A stretch of 30,483 nucleotides of DNA from Actinomycetota bacterium. Its GTDB lineage: Bacteria > Actinomycetota > Thermoleophilia > Gaiellales > Gaiellaceae. Of the stretch, positions 16,214 through 23,960 are shown piece after piece. The translations under genes and the position numbers were made by a program. Each line of letters starts with the position of its first letter. The first letter of the stretch is position 1. The notes beneath the pieces are model-generated. The model worked only from the letters and a program-made list of their open reading frames with translations, searched no databases and had not been told where the DNA came from. The stretch lies in contig JBKPFP010000224.1 in NCBI GenBank assembly GCA_046744435.1, forward strand, positions 1 through 30,483, in the 5' to 3' direction.

Positions 16214-18718
16214 TCAGTCCTCGCGCCGCGGCCCACGACCGCGGCCGCCACGGCGATCTCCGCCACGGCCACCGCCGCCGCCGTCACGCCTCGGCGGGCG
16301 CTCCGTGCGCTCGCGGGGCGGGGCGGACTTGGCCCGCTCGATCAGCTCCTCGGGCTGGACGAGCGTGCCGTTCTCGTGCTTCGCGACCAGCTTGAGCCCG
16401 ATCCGCCCTCGTGCCTTGTCGACCTCCTGGACGACGACGTCGAGCACGTCCCCGCGCCCGATCACGTCCTCGATGTGACCGACGCGACCTGGGCCGACGT
16501 TCGAGACATGCAGCAGCCCGTCCGTGCCCTTCTTCAGCTCGACGAACGCGCCGAACTCGGTCGTCTTGACGACCTTGCCCGTGTAGGTGTCCCCCACCTC
16601 GGGCTCCTTCGTCAGCGCCTGGATGGCCTCGATCGCGGCGTCGGCCTTCGTGCCCTCGGTCGCGTAGATGAGGATCGTGCCGTCCTCCTCGATGTCGATC
16701 TGGACGTCGTAGTCGGCCTCCAGCGAGCGGATCGTCTCGCCGCCCTTGCCGATGACGAGCCCGATCTGCTCCGGGTCGATCTTGACCGTCGAGATGCGCG
16801 GCGCGTGCGCGGCGAGCTGCTCGCGGGCCTCGGGCAGCGCCTCGGCCATCTTCCCGAGGATGAACTCGCGGGCCTGTCTGGCCTGCTCGAGGGCGTTGCT
16901 CATGATCTCGTGCGTGACGCCGGTGATCTTGATGTCCATCTGCAGCGCGGTGATCCCGTTCCGCGACCCGGCGACCTTGAAGTCCATGTCGCCGAGGTGG
17001 TCCTCGGCGCCCTGGATGTCGGTCAGGATCACGTATTCGTCGCCCTCCTTGACGAGGCCCATCGCGATCCCGCTAACGGGCGCCTTGATCGGCACGCCCG
17101 CGTCCATGAGCGCGAGGGTCGAGCCGCACACCGAGCCCATCGAGGACGAGCCGTTCGACTCGAGCGTCTCCGAGACGAGGCGGATCGTGTACGGGAAGTC
17201 CTCGAGCGGCGGAATCATCGGCTCGAGCGCCCGCTGGGCGAGCGCCCCGTGGCCGATGTCACGGCGCTTCGGCCCGCGCATGAACCCGGTCTCGCCGACC
17301 GAGTAGGGCGGGAAGTTGTAGTGGTGCATGTAGCGGCGCTCCTGCTCGAGCGAGAGGTCGTCGATCCGCTGGCCCTCCTTGGCGGTACCGAGCGTGAGCA
17401 GCGTCATGATCTGCGTCTGGCCGCGCGTGAAGAGCGCCGAACCGTGCGTGCGCGGGGCGACCGACACCTCGCACGTGATCTCGCGGATGTCCTCCGCGCC
17501 GCGGCCGTCCGGGCGCCGTTTGTCGACGGCGATCTTGCGGCGCACGAGCTGCTTGTAGATCGACTCCGCCGCTTTCTTCACGAACTGCTTCGTCAGCGAG
17601 TCCTTCACGACCGGCGCGTCGCCGTCGACCGTGGCCGGGCCGACCGGGAAGGGCAGCTCGACCCCCTCGATGATGCGGTCGAAGAGCAGGTGGCGCTTCG
17701 CGGACTTGAGCTCCTTCGAGTCCTGTTCGGCCTCCGTCAAGGCGACCAGGTCGTCCTCGAACTGCTCGCGCACGTGCTCCTCGACGGCCTCGAGCCGGAT
17801 CCGCTCCAGCATCAGGTTGAGGCTCGAGCGGACCTGGATCTGGCGGATGATGTCGTCCTCCGTCGAGCCGACGGTCAGCTCGGGGGCGAGCTCGCTCATC
17901 AGCTCCTCGACGACGGCGCCAGCCTCGCGCAGCCCCTCTTCGTCGATCTTCTGGCCGAAGCGCTCGGAGTGCTGAGACTCGAGCTCCTCGGTCAGGTCGG
18001 GGTCGAGCCACTTCGCCTTGCCAGCCTTCTGCCGGAGTTCCTCCTGCGCCTCGCAGAGCTTCACGATCTCGCGCTGGGCGAGCTCGAAGGCCTCGAGCAT
18101 CGTGTCCTCGGGGATCTCGTCGCCGCCGGCCTCGATCATCGTCAGCGCCTCTCTCGTGCCGACGACGATCAGGTCGAGGGTCGAGCTCTCCTCGATCTCC
18201 TGCAGAGTCGGGTTGACGACGAGCTCGTCGTCGATGCGGCCGATCCGCACGGCGCCAACCGGCCCCATGAAGGGCAGCGGCGAAACCATCAGAGCCGCCG
18301 AGGCGCCGTTGATGCTGAGGATGTCGTGCGGGGTCATCAGGTCGGCCGAGAGGACTGTGCAGATCACCTGCACCTCGTTCCGATAGCCCGCCGGCCACAG
18401 CGGCCGGATCGGGCGGTCGATCATGCGCGCGGTGAGGATCGCCCGCTCTGTGGGGCGCCCTTCGCGCTTGAAGAATCCGCCGGGGATCTTCCCGGCGGCG
18501 TACATGCGCTCCTCGACGTCCACGGTGAGCGGGAAGAAGTCCGCGCCTTCGCGCGCCTCCATCCGCCCCGTGGCGGTCGCGAGCACCATCGTCTCGCCAG
18601 AGCGGACGACGACTGCGCCGTCGGCCTGCTTGGCGAGCTTGCCGGTCTCGAACGTGATGTCTTGGTCGCCCACGGTCAGTGAGACCGTGGCCGGTTCTTG
18701 CATGGTCGTAATGGTCAT
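16214..18718 (-). CDS. pnp: polyribonucleotide nucleotidyltransferase
   Basis: FFPLTVD, GGFFKREGRP, RRPDGR, RRDIGHGALA, DHLGDMDFKVAG; KH (IGKGGETI) and S1 (FGAFVEL...GLLHVS) domains. Confidence 0.98.
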   Translation of the reverse strand: MTITTMQEPATVSLTVGDQDITFETGKLAKQADGAVVVRSGETMVLATATGRMEAREGADFFPLTVDVEERMYAAGKIPGGFFKREGRPTERAILTARMIDRPIRPLWPAGYRNEVQVICTVLSADLMTPHDILSINGASAALMVSPLPFMGPVGAVRIGRIDDELVVNPTLQEIEESSTLDLIVVGTREALTMIEAGGDEIPEDTMLEAFELAQREIVKLCEAQEELRQKAGKAKWLDPDLTEELESQHSERFGQKIDEEGLREAGAVVEELMSELAPELTVGSTEDDIIRQIQVRSSLNLMLERIRLEAVEEHVREQFEDDLVALTEAEQDSKELKSAKRHLLFDRIIEGVELPFPVGPATVDGDAPVVKDSLTKQFVKKAAESIYKQLVRRKIAVDKRRPDGRGAEDIREITCEVSVAPRTHGSALFTRGQTQIMTLLTLGTAKEGQRIDDLSLEQERRYMHHYNFPPYSVGETGFMRGPKRRDIGHGALAQRALEPMIPPLEDFPYTIRLVSETLESNGSSSMGSVCGSTLALMDAGVPIKAPVSGIAMGLVKEGDEYVILTDIQGAEDHLGDMDFKVAGSRNGITALQMDIKITGVTHEIMSNALEQARQAREFILGKMAEALPEAREQLAAHAPRISTVKIDPEQIGLVIGKGGETIRSLEADYDVQIDIEEDGTILIYATEGTKADAAIEAIQALTKEPEVGDTYTGKVVKTTEFGAFVELKKGTDGLLHVSNVGPGRVGHIEDVIGRGDVLDVVVQEVDKARGRIGLKLVAKHENGTLVQPEELIERAKSAPPRERTERPPRRDGGGGGRGGDRRGGRGRGPRRED

Positions 18719-18736
18719 CGTTCCTCCACTCTCGTT

Positions 18737-18838
18737 GGAGGGCGGAGGTTTGAGTCAGTCGCCTTCTTGAACTCCGGTGCCAGACTTCAGTCTGGCTCCG
18801 GCGAGCATCACAGCGACTCGCTCAAACTTCCGCCTTCC
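18737..18838 (-). other. long stem-loop in the rpsO-pnp intergenic region
   Basis: Arms 18741-18762 and 18813-18834 are near-complementary and enclose a CCAGAC-TGAA-GTCTGG hairpin. The position matches the RNase III-processed pnp leader. Confidence 0.75.
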
Positions 18839-18848
18839 GCTTTGTGAG

Positions 18849-19118
18849 CTAACGCCTGAGGCCCAGCTCCTTGATCAGTGCGCGGTACCCCTCGAGATCG
18901 CGCTTCTGGAAGTAGTTCAGAAGGCGTCGGCGCCGTCCGACGAGCTTGAGCAGCCCGCGGCGGGAATAGTGGTCCTTCGGATGCGCCCGCAAGTGCTCCG
19001 TCAGCTCGTTGATGCGTGTCGTGAGCAGGGCGACCTGGACTTCGGGCGAGCCGGTGTCGCCCTCGGCACGGCCGTGCTTGCCGATGATCTCGAGCTTTGC
19101 TTCTTTCGTAAGGGTCAC
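18849..19118 (-). CDS. rpsO: 30S ribosomal protein S15
   Basis: [39 protein letters not shown]; 89 aa; SD AAGGAAGG. Confidence 0.98.
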   Translation of the reverse strand: MTLTKEAKLEIIGKHGRAEGDTGSPEVQVALLTTRINELTEHLRAHPKDHYSRRGLLKLVGRRRRLLNYFQKRDLEGYRALIKELGLRR

Positions 19119-19140
19119 TACACCTTCCTTGAATACGGTT

Positions 19141-19190
19141 CCGCAGTCCCAGCGCGCCGCGGGAAGCACCGCGTGCGGCCGAGGCTGCGG
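19141..19190 (-). promoter_or_regulatory. structured rpsO 5' leader, candidate S15 autoregulatory element
   Basis: CCGCAG...CTGCGG outer stem with inner CGCGG/CCGCG stem, between the promoter and the SD. Confidence 0.55.
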
Positions 19191-19199
19191 TCGGAGGGT

Positions 19200-19208
19200 A
19201 GGTTAGCA
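19200..19208 (-). promoter_or_regulatory. extended -10 promoter element of rpsO
   Basis: TG-C-TAACCT on the minus strand just upstream of the leader hairpin. Confidence 0.55.
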
Positions 19209-19328
19209 ATAGTTCGTTTTTGGCTCACTTTCGCGGCTGACTCGGTGACTCAACCACACGCGCGTAAGGGCGATGGCATGGCGTGAGGCGTGCTCTTCGT
19301 CACCGAAAGTACGAAGCACTTTCGGTGA

Positions 19329-19351
19329 GTCCGCGGCCCGTGGCCGCGGAC
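19329..19351 (-). terminator. hairpin after the CopD-like gene
   Basis: GTCCGCGGCC-ACG-GGCCGCGGAC immediately after TAA at 19355. Confidence 0.6.
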
Positions 19352-19354
19352 CTC

Positions 19355-20407
19355 TTACGTGTTCACGACCTCCGCGACGTGGCTCAGGATGTGCACGTAC
19401 CGAAGGGCCATGGCCGCGGCCAGGATCGCCGGCACCGTCAGCACGTACACGATGCCCGGCGCGCCGAGGGCGCCGACGAGGGTGCCCACGAGCCCCTGCG
19501 ACGGCTCCGCGCTCCCGTGCGCGAGAGCCGGTGAGGCGGCCGGCACAGGTCGGACGGCCCGCAGCAGCATCGCGGTGCCCGTGCCGAGCAGGACGACGAA
19601 CAGCGCCAGCTTGATGAGCAGGATCCCCTCATACCAGTTCCCGTACGCGATCAGGTCGAGGTCGCTGTCCCAGGGCCAGCGGAGCTTGAACGGCGTGACG
19701 TAGACCATGTTGTAGATCCCGGTCGCGATGATCAGGGGCACGAGTGCCCAGTGGGCCCAGGCGCCCCAGCTGCGATACCAGGCCGAGATGCGCGCGCGGA
19801 TCCCGCTCGTGAGGATCGACGGCGTCGCGAGCGCGATCGTCATCAGGAGGACGCCGATGATCCAGCCCATCGCGGCCAGGCCGTGCACCCAGAGCATGAA
19901 CATCGTCACCCAGTCGCGCTCGGTGACCTTCGTCTCGAGCCGGGTCGGCAGCACCGCCGGGGCGGGCTGGCCCGGAGCGGTCTGGCTCCCCGAGGCGGCA
20001 ACGGCGACCGGCACGTCGAGGGACGCCTTCGCGCCGATGACCTTCGGGCCGCTCACCTCGAACTCCGCCTTCCAGTCGCCCGGCATGACGAACGTGTACG
20101 GCAGCTGGTAGACGCCTGGGCGAGAGGTCTCCGGGATCGTCCGCGGCAGCAGCGTCATGAAGTGCGGCCGCCTCATCTCCGTCCTCACCTCGACGGTCGC
20201 GCCGCGGATCGGCTTGCGGCTGTCGAGATCCGTGAGGCGGACGATGAGCGTGCGGTTGAAGCCCGTGCCCTTGGCCTGCGCCGCGATTCGAGGCTCGGCC
20301 TTTCCGCCCTCGTGCGCAGCAGCCACGGCCGGGGCGGCCGCCGCAACGAGAGCAACTGAAAAGAGAACAGCGAGCTGCCGGATAGAGACTCCTTTACCGC
20401 CGGACAA
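19355..20407 (-). CDS. YtkA/FixH-like extracytoplasmic domain fused to a CopD-like membrane domain
   Basis: Signal peptide then HEGG; GATVEV..EM..PH.M...PGVYQ..YTFVMPGDW (YtkA-like); WVHGLAAMGWIIG, ATGIYN, LLIKLALF (CopD-like). Confidence 0.7.
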   Translation of the reverse strand: MSGGKGVSIRQLAVLFSVALVAAAAPAVAAAHEGGKAEPRIAAQAKGTGFNRTLIVRLTDLDSRKPIRGATVEVRTEMRRPHFMTLLPRTIPETSRPGVYQLPYTFVMPGDWKAEFEVSGPKVIGAKASLDVPVAVAASGSQTAPGQPAPAVLPTRLETKVTERDWVTMFMLWVHGLAAMGWIIGVLLMTIALATPSILTSGIRARISAWYRSWGAWAHWALVPLIIATGIYNMVYVTPFKLRWPWDSDLDLIAYGNWYEGILLIKLALFVVLLGTGTAMLLRAVRPVPAASPALAHGSAEPSQGLVGTLVGALGAPGIVYVLTVPAILAAAMALRYVHILSHVAEVVNT

Positions 20408-20415
20408 GATAGCGC

Positions 20416-20568
20416 TCAGTCCCCGCCGTCCGAGTCCTTGTGGCGCTGCCCGACCCAGTACGCAAGGCCGAGCGCCACGATCGCCAGTGCGCTCGCAATC
20501 TCCACGACCAGGCCGGCCGTGCCGCCGTGGGCCAGAGGCAATCCGGTCAGGGCCGCGAGAGGATCCAC
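20416..20568 (-). CDS. 50-aa single-TM protein
   Basis: SD GGGAGG before GTG; MDPLAALTGLPLAHGGTAGLVVEIASALAIVALGLAYWVGQRHKDSDGGD. Confidence 0.65.
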   Translation of the reverse strand: MDPLAALTGLPLAHGGTAGLVVEIASALAIVALGLAYWVGQRHKDSDGGD

Positions 20569-21896
20569 ATCCCTCCCACCGTGTAGAGCACCATCAGCGC
20601 AAGCATGGCGTACTGCGTCCGCACGGCCGAGCGCGTGGAGCGGGAGAGGCTGAGCGCACGGTCGTGCGCGACGACGAGGCCCAGCACGTGGCCGACGACC
20701 AGCGCCCCCACCTGGACGTACCAGATCGTGCGTGGGTCGATCGACCGATCGGGCTGGAAGTCCCTCGTGCCGAAGAGGTCCCAGCCCGACCCGAACGGGT
20801 CGGAGAACAGGACGATCGCGTTCTGCCCCTCGAGCACGAACAGCGAGAAGTAGTGCGCCACGAGATACGCGAACGCGATCGGGACGAGGCTGCCCAGGAA
20901 GCCCGCGCGTAGCCCTTCGTGCACACCGCCGAGCGCGCGGGCGCCCGCCACGGCCACGAGGTACGTCAGGGCGACGAAGACCGCTGCGGCCCCCAAGGCG
21001 AGCACGGCGAGCGCGAAGACCTCCGGGTCGCTCTTGAGATAGATCTGGTCCTGCCACCAGCGGGTGCGGCTGAGCCCGTCGAACGCGACCGAGCCGAGGG
21101 CGACGGAGACGAGCGCGATCGTCCCGGGACGTGCCTCGAGCCGCGTGAGCCCGGCCAGCGGAGGCCGGATGACGACCTCCCTGCCACCTTCCCGCCAACG
21201 CACGCCGAATGGCGCCATCAGCGCCAGGAGGCCGAAGTACGCGCTGAAGCCGTCGCCGTTCGAGAACCAGGCGTCACGGCCGAATCCGGCCGCGCCCGTC
21301 CACGTCAGCCACGAATAGACGCAGGCTGCGATCGCCACCTTGCGGGGGCTCGAGGGATCCGTGTACGCGAGCTCGAGCGCCGCGAACGAGAAGAGCAGCA
21401 CGGCCGCGGGCCAGCGGCCCAGGCGCGCCGGGTAGTCGAGCGGGGCGCGCCAGCCGCCTCCCAGCCGCTCGCCCGCCCAGGCGGCCGCGTCGGCGACCGC
21501 GCGCCACGGGTTGAGCACGCGCCAGACGTTTCCGAGTAGGACCGAGAGCAAGGGGACGCCGAGCCAGAAGACGACGTACACGAACGTCGGCGCGAGGTTG
21601 AGGAGCGGCGAGTCCTTGCCGACGAGCCCGGCGGCGACGACGAGGACGAACAGCGCGACGCTCGCCGCCCCGAGGGCGACACGGAGCACCCGAGAGAGCA
21701 AGGCCCGCTGCAGGCCGTCCGGCAGCGCGCGCTCGGGAGCGTTCTCCAGCTTCGGGCTCGTCCAGAGCACGCCCAGCGCGACGAACGACAGGACGAGCAC
21801 GAGCGCCGCTCCGTAGTAGAAGAGCCAGCCGGGAACCGGGAGGTCTTTGACCTGGCCGATGCCGTGCGCGAGCACGGCCTCGACGGCGGGGATCAC
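20547..21896 (-). CDS. polytopic membrane protein of the family usually labelled 'fenitrothion hydrolase'
   Basis: LAHGIG..DLPVP.WLF.YGAALVLVLSF; LGSVAFDGL; PIAFAYLVAHYFS; SDPFG.GWDLFGT; GHVLGLVVAHDRAL; QYAMLALMVLYTVGGMW. GTGA-coupled to the upstream gene. Confidence 0.8.
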   Translation of the reverse strand: MIPAVEAVLAHGIGQVKDLPVPGWLFYYGAALVLVLSFVALGVLWTSPKLENAPERALPDGLQRALLSRVLRVALGAASVALFVLVVAAGLVGKDSPLLNLAPTFVYVVFWLGVPLLSVLLGNVWRVLNPWRAVADAAAWAGERLGGGWRAPLDYPARLGRWPAAVLLFSFAALELAYTDPSSPRKVAIAACVYSWLTWTGAAGFGRDAWFSNGDGFSAYFGLLALMAPFGVRWREGGREVVIRPPLAGLTRLEARPGTIALVSVALGSVAFDGLSRTRWWQDQIYLKSDPEVFALAVLALGAAAVFVALTYLVAVAGARALGGVHEGLRAGFLGSLVPIAFAYLVAHYFSLFVLEGQNAIVLFSDPFGSGWDLFGTRDFQPDRSIDPRTIWYVQVGALVVGHVLGLVVAHDRALSLSRSTRSAVRTQYAMLALMVLYTVGGMWILSRP

Positions 21897-22315
21897 GGGG
21901 TGACCGTCAGCTCGGCGATCTGCTCGCCGCTGCCTTCGAACTCGATCTCGAAGCGGCCCGGCTCGTCGGCGCGGAAGTTGAACCCTCCCGGGCGCTCGGC
22001 GGTGACCACCGACTTCAGGTCGTAGCCGTGGAGATGGACTTCCTGGGTGCTGTCGGCAACGACGATGATGATCACGCGCCGGTCCTGCTCGACCGAGATC
22101 CGCTTGATTCCGGGCACCCTCGTGTTGATGCGGAAGACCTGCGGGGTCGGCTCCTGCACGGTCGTGGTGGAGCCGGTCGTCGTCGAGCCGGTCGCCGTCG
22201 GCGTGGTCGCCTGCGCCTGCGAGCCGTTGTCGTCGTCGCCGCGCAAGACGAAGAAGAGCACGACCGCGGCGAACGCGCCGGCGATGAGGATCAAAAGTCG
22301 CAGCGAGGTGCTCAC
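21893..22315 (-). CDS. membrane-anchored cupredoxin-like protein
   Basis: N-terminal TM, Thr-rich linker, EVHLHGYD and ADEPGRFEIE beta-sandwich motifs; no Cys. Confidence 0.7.
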   Translation of the reverse strand: MSTSLRLLILIAGAFAAVVLFFVLRGDDDNGSQAQATTPTATGSTTTGSTTTVQEPTPQVFRINTRVPGIKRISVEQDRRVIIIVVADSTQEVHLHGYDLKSVVTAERPGGFNFRADEPGRFEIEFEGSGEQIAELTVTP

Positions 22316-22354
22316 GAGCGGGAAACGGTAGCGCCCGATTTAACCTCCCTACGC

Positions 22355-23734
22355 ATGCAAGCAATCGCCGCAGGCCATCCCGCCACCGCGGACGCAGGCG
22401 CGGAGATCCTCGCCGAGGGCGGGAGCGCCGCCGACGCCGCGGTCGCCGCCTCGCTCGCGTCGTGCGTCGCCGAGACCGTCATGACGGGGCTGCTCGGAGG
22501 CGGGCACGGGATCTACTTCGACGCCTCTTCCGGCCGCGCTGCCAACCTCGACTGCTTCGTCGCCGTCCCGGGGCTCGGGCGCGAGCGCCGCGACGCGCAG
22601 CTGCTCGAGCTGCAGGTGCCGTTCGGGGCCGAGCTCGTGCACTACGCGGTCGGCATCGCCTCGTGCGGAGTCCCGGGCGTGCCGGCGGGCCTGGACGCGC
22701 TTTGGCGCGAACACGGACGGCTGCCCTGGGCGCGGCTGGTCGAGCCGGCCCTGCGGCTCGCGGCGGGCGGGGTGCGCATGGAGCCGGCGCACGCCGTCTG
22801 CCTGGAGATGCTCGCCGTGGTCATGACGATGAACGAGGGCGAGCGCATCTACTCGCCGTCGGGCTCGCTCCTGCAGACGGGCGACCTCCTGCACCAGCCT
22901 GGTCTCGTCAACGCGCTCGAGGCGCTCGCCGACGAGGGGGCGGCCGCGTTCTACACCGGGACGATCGCGACTGCGCTGATCGATCTGATGGAGGAGCGCG
23001 GCGGCCTCGTCACCGAGCAGGACCTGGCCGAGTATCGCGCCGAGTGGTCGGACCCGCTCGAGCTCGAGTTCCGCGGCCTGGCCGTGGCCACGCGACGCGC
23101 GCTCGGTGACTTCGCGACCGCGCTGGCCGGCCTGTCCCCGCTCCGCGGCCGTCCGGAGCCGGAGCGGGCGCTCGCGCTCGTCGAGGCCCTCGGCGACGAG
23201 ACCGCCGGCCGGGGCACGACGAACCTCGCGGTGCTCGACGGCGACGGCAACACCTGCGTCGTGACGACGAGCCTCGGCCTGGGCTCCGGCGACTTCGTGC
23301 CCGGCTTCGACCTGCACCTCAACTCGATGCTCGGCGAGGCCGACCTCGTCCGCGGTCCGCTCGACCCCGGAAAGCGTCTGCCGAGCATGATGGCGCCGAC
23401 GATCGCGCTGCGCGACGGCCGCGTCGCCCTCGCGGCGGGAGCCGCCGGCGGCACCCGGCTGCGTAGCGCGCTCCTGCAGGTCGTCGCGGGTGTGCTGGAC
23501 GAGGGCATCGGCCTACAGGACGCGATCGACCGCCCGCGGCTCCATCCGGTCGGCCCGACCGTCCACCTCGAGCCCGGGTTTTCCGGCGAGACGACCGCCG
23601 TCCTACGCTCGCACGGCTTCGAGCCGCGCGTGTGGCCCGGCCAGCACCACTACTTCGGCGGCGTGAGCGCGGTTACGCCGACCGGCGCCGCGGGGGATCC
23701 GAGGAGAAGCGGCGACTCGCGAGCCCTGACGTGA
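22355..23734 (+). CDS. gamma-glutamyltransferase family (Ntn hydrolase)
   Basis: GGSAADAAVA, GVPGVPAGL, GTTNLAV nucleophile site, SMMAPT, GAAGG, RPRLH, AGDPRR; no signal peptide. Confidence 0.9.
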   Translation: MQAIAAGHPATADAGAEILAEGGSAADAAVAASLASCVAETVMTGLLGGGHGIYFDASSGRAANLDCFVAVPGLGRERRDAQLLELQVPFGAELVHYAVGIASCGVPGVPAGLDALWREHGRLPWARLVEPALRLAAGGVRMEPAHAVCLEMLAVVMTMNEGERIYSPSGSLLQTGDLLHQPGLVNALEALADEGAAAFYTGTIATALIDLMEERGGLVTEQDLAEYRAEWSDPLELEFRGLAVATRRALGDFATALAGLSPLRGRPEPERALALVEALGDETAGRGTTNLAVLDGDGNTCVVTTSLGLGSGDFVPGFDLHLNSMLGEADLVRGPLDPGKRLPSMMAPTIALRDGRVALAAGAAGGTRLRSALLQVVAGVLDEGIGLQDAIDRPRLHPVGPTVHLEPGFSGETTAVLRSHGFEPRVWPGQHHYFGGVSAVTPTGAAGDPRRSGDSRALT

Positions 23735-23909
23735 GCACGCGGCTCTCGGCCCGGGCCCAGCCGACGTATCCGCACTCCGGACAACCCGGGTTCGCAGCGA
23801 CCGTGCCGCCCCCGGACGGCTTGGCGTAGGCGGCTCTGCAGGAGAGGCAGCGAACGGTGTCGACCGCGGCGGCGGTGTTCGATTCGTCGGACGTCTCGTT
23901 CGATTCCAC
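23673..23909 (-). CDS. small CxxC...CxxC zinc-ribbon protein
   Basis: VRCLSC...YAKP.GGGT...NPGCPECGYVGW, directly downstream of ribF. Confidence 0.65.
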   Translation of the reverse strand: MESNETSDESNTAAAVDTVRCLSCRAAYAKPSGGGTVAANPGCPECGYVGWARAESRVLTSGLASRRFSSDPPRRRSA

Positions 23910-23960
23910 ACAGAAAGAGATTCCGCAATCTGCGCAAACTTGCGGTCTCTCGCAGCTTCT

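Noticed and set aside
22028-22354. N-terminal extension of the ggt ORF in the ORF track
   Set aside because: It lies antisense to the cupredoxin-like gene; homology-like sequence begins at ATG 22355.
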